Positions 62,947-64,000 of a DNA stretch of 64,000 nt are shown one piece after another. A program made the translations under genes and the position numbers. The stretch covers positions 6,288,137-6,352,136 of the forward strand of contig CM082595.2 in NCBI GenBank assembly GCA_040954595.2, in the 5' to 3' direction. How positions within the stretch are numbered: the first letter of the stretch is position 1; the number at the start of each line of letters is the position of its first letter. Source of the stretch: Balanoglossus misakiensis (Eukaryota; Animalia; Hemichordata). The notes under the pieces were generated by a model. It was given only the letters and a program-made list of their open reading frames with translations, made no database searches and was not told the DNA's origin.

Positions 62947-64000
62947 TGTGGACTTTTGACCGTAGCCCTTGCAAATCTTACGGTTTTCCGTATAAGTTCC
63001 ATGTATATTTGCCACAGGCTGTTCCACAGCGCAAGCGTGAACTTGAAGGATACACGCTCAAGCTTATGGTGACAGGCTGAAGCAGGAAACAGACCACTGT
63101 TGTCAGTCAGGCTGCCTAAATTCTCGGCTCTCTTTTGCGAACTTTTCCTCTCGCAATGATGGTACCTAGGATAGTGTGTACACATTGTCTCGCAAGTATC
63201 ATCCATCTCATCTAGTGCGTGGTACAGCTGTCTAATTTGTTTACTGGGACTGCAGCAAACCATGCCTGACTGTGTCTCTTTTATGGGGCACGTCACGTTA
63301 GCTGGCTGATAGAATAATAACGCCTATCCATATGAAGCCAATTGTGCACGACCAACCCAGTCTAATGGTCGTCACTGGGTACCTGCTATTGAAACCACTG
63401 CTAGGATTTTCCTGGCATTTCTATCAACTTACCCCAAGGGCTTGAAAAACGCGCTGTCTACTGTGTGGGGTAATTGTCACGTAGCTTTTGCGCGCAAGAC
63501 GGAATAATAGAGTTCCGGATGTAAGAAATCACGATAAAAACAGCGCACGTCCAGAAGGATCCCCGCGACTGTTCCCCTTTTTCCTCTGTCGGCGGGAAGC
63601 GCAGCCGGCATTTGTGCGGCAAAGGCCAATTTCGGCGCTGGCGAAATGTGAAGCGTCGCCGTAATGAAAGCAATAATAACTCTTATGTATCGGTCCCAAA
63701 CACATGATGATTTTGTCTGCAATTTTCCCAAGAATGATCAAAAGGAGACTCGTTGATTGCATATCTGACGTATTACTTGGCAATCCCAGGGTGTTGGACA
63801 TCGCCTATGCGAGGGAACACTGATTTCTTCAGTTCACTGGGTGGGAAGTGGCGATAATCACCAACCAGATGTTGGCTACCCGCTATCAGTAGTAACTCAC
63901 GTTTCTTTAATTAAAACAATTTGGCAAGTAACCAAGGTCTTCTTCCTGTTAACCACGAAAGCATTAATATTCATTTCCGAGTCAATTATTTTAGTTTGTG

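Overview
AT-rich animal genomic DNA with spliceosomal GT-AG introns, microsatellites and MITEs. It is most likely a marine invertebrate deuterostome, perhaps an acorn worm, but this is inference only. Three genes can be reconstructed. (1) The 5' part of an apparently secreted neprilysin/ECE-like M13 metallopeptidase gene on the minus strand (coding exons 3533-3656, 1039-1116, 433-594), running off the left edge. (2) A single-coding-exon 404-aa basic, charged protein of unknown family (17959-19173, +), probably sharing a GC-rich head-to-head promoter (~8350-8870) that carries RFX X-boxes. (3) The main discovery: a two-exon, 104-aa neuropeptide precursor on the minus strand (55005-55118 + 32458-32658, split by a 22,346-nt phase-0 intron). 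It ends in KR-GSNANPRGCNSKWSGWKFMGSCH-stop, a disulfide-ring peptide with a Trp-Lys core that looks like a somatostatin/urotensin-II (SS/ASTC superfamily) member, and it has a TATA/octamer/CRE-like/E-box/CCAAT promoter. The rest is intronic or intergenic DNA with several non-autonomous DNA transposon families, a Helentron-type element and simple repeats. No rRNA, tRNA or CRISPR arrays were seen. All calls are by eye, with no database searches.
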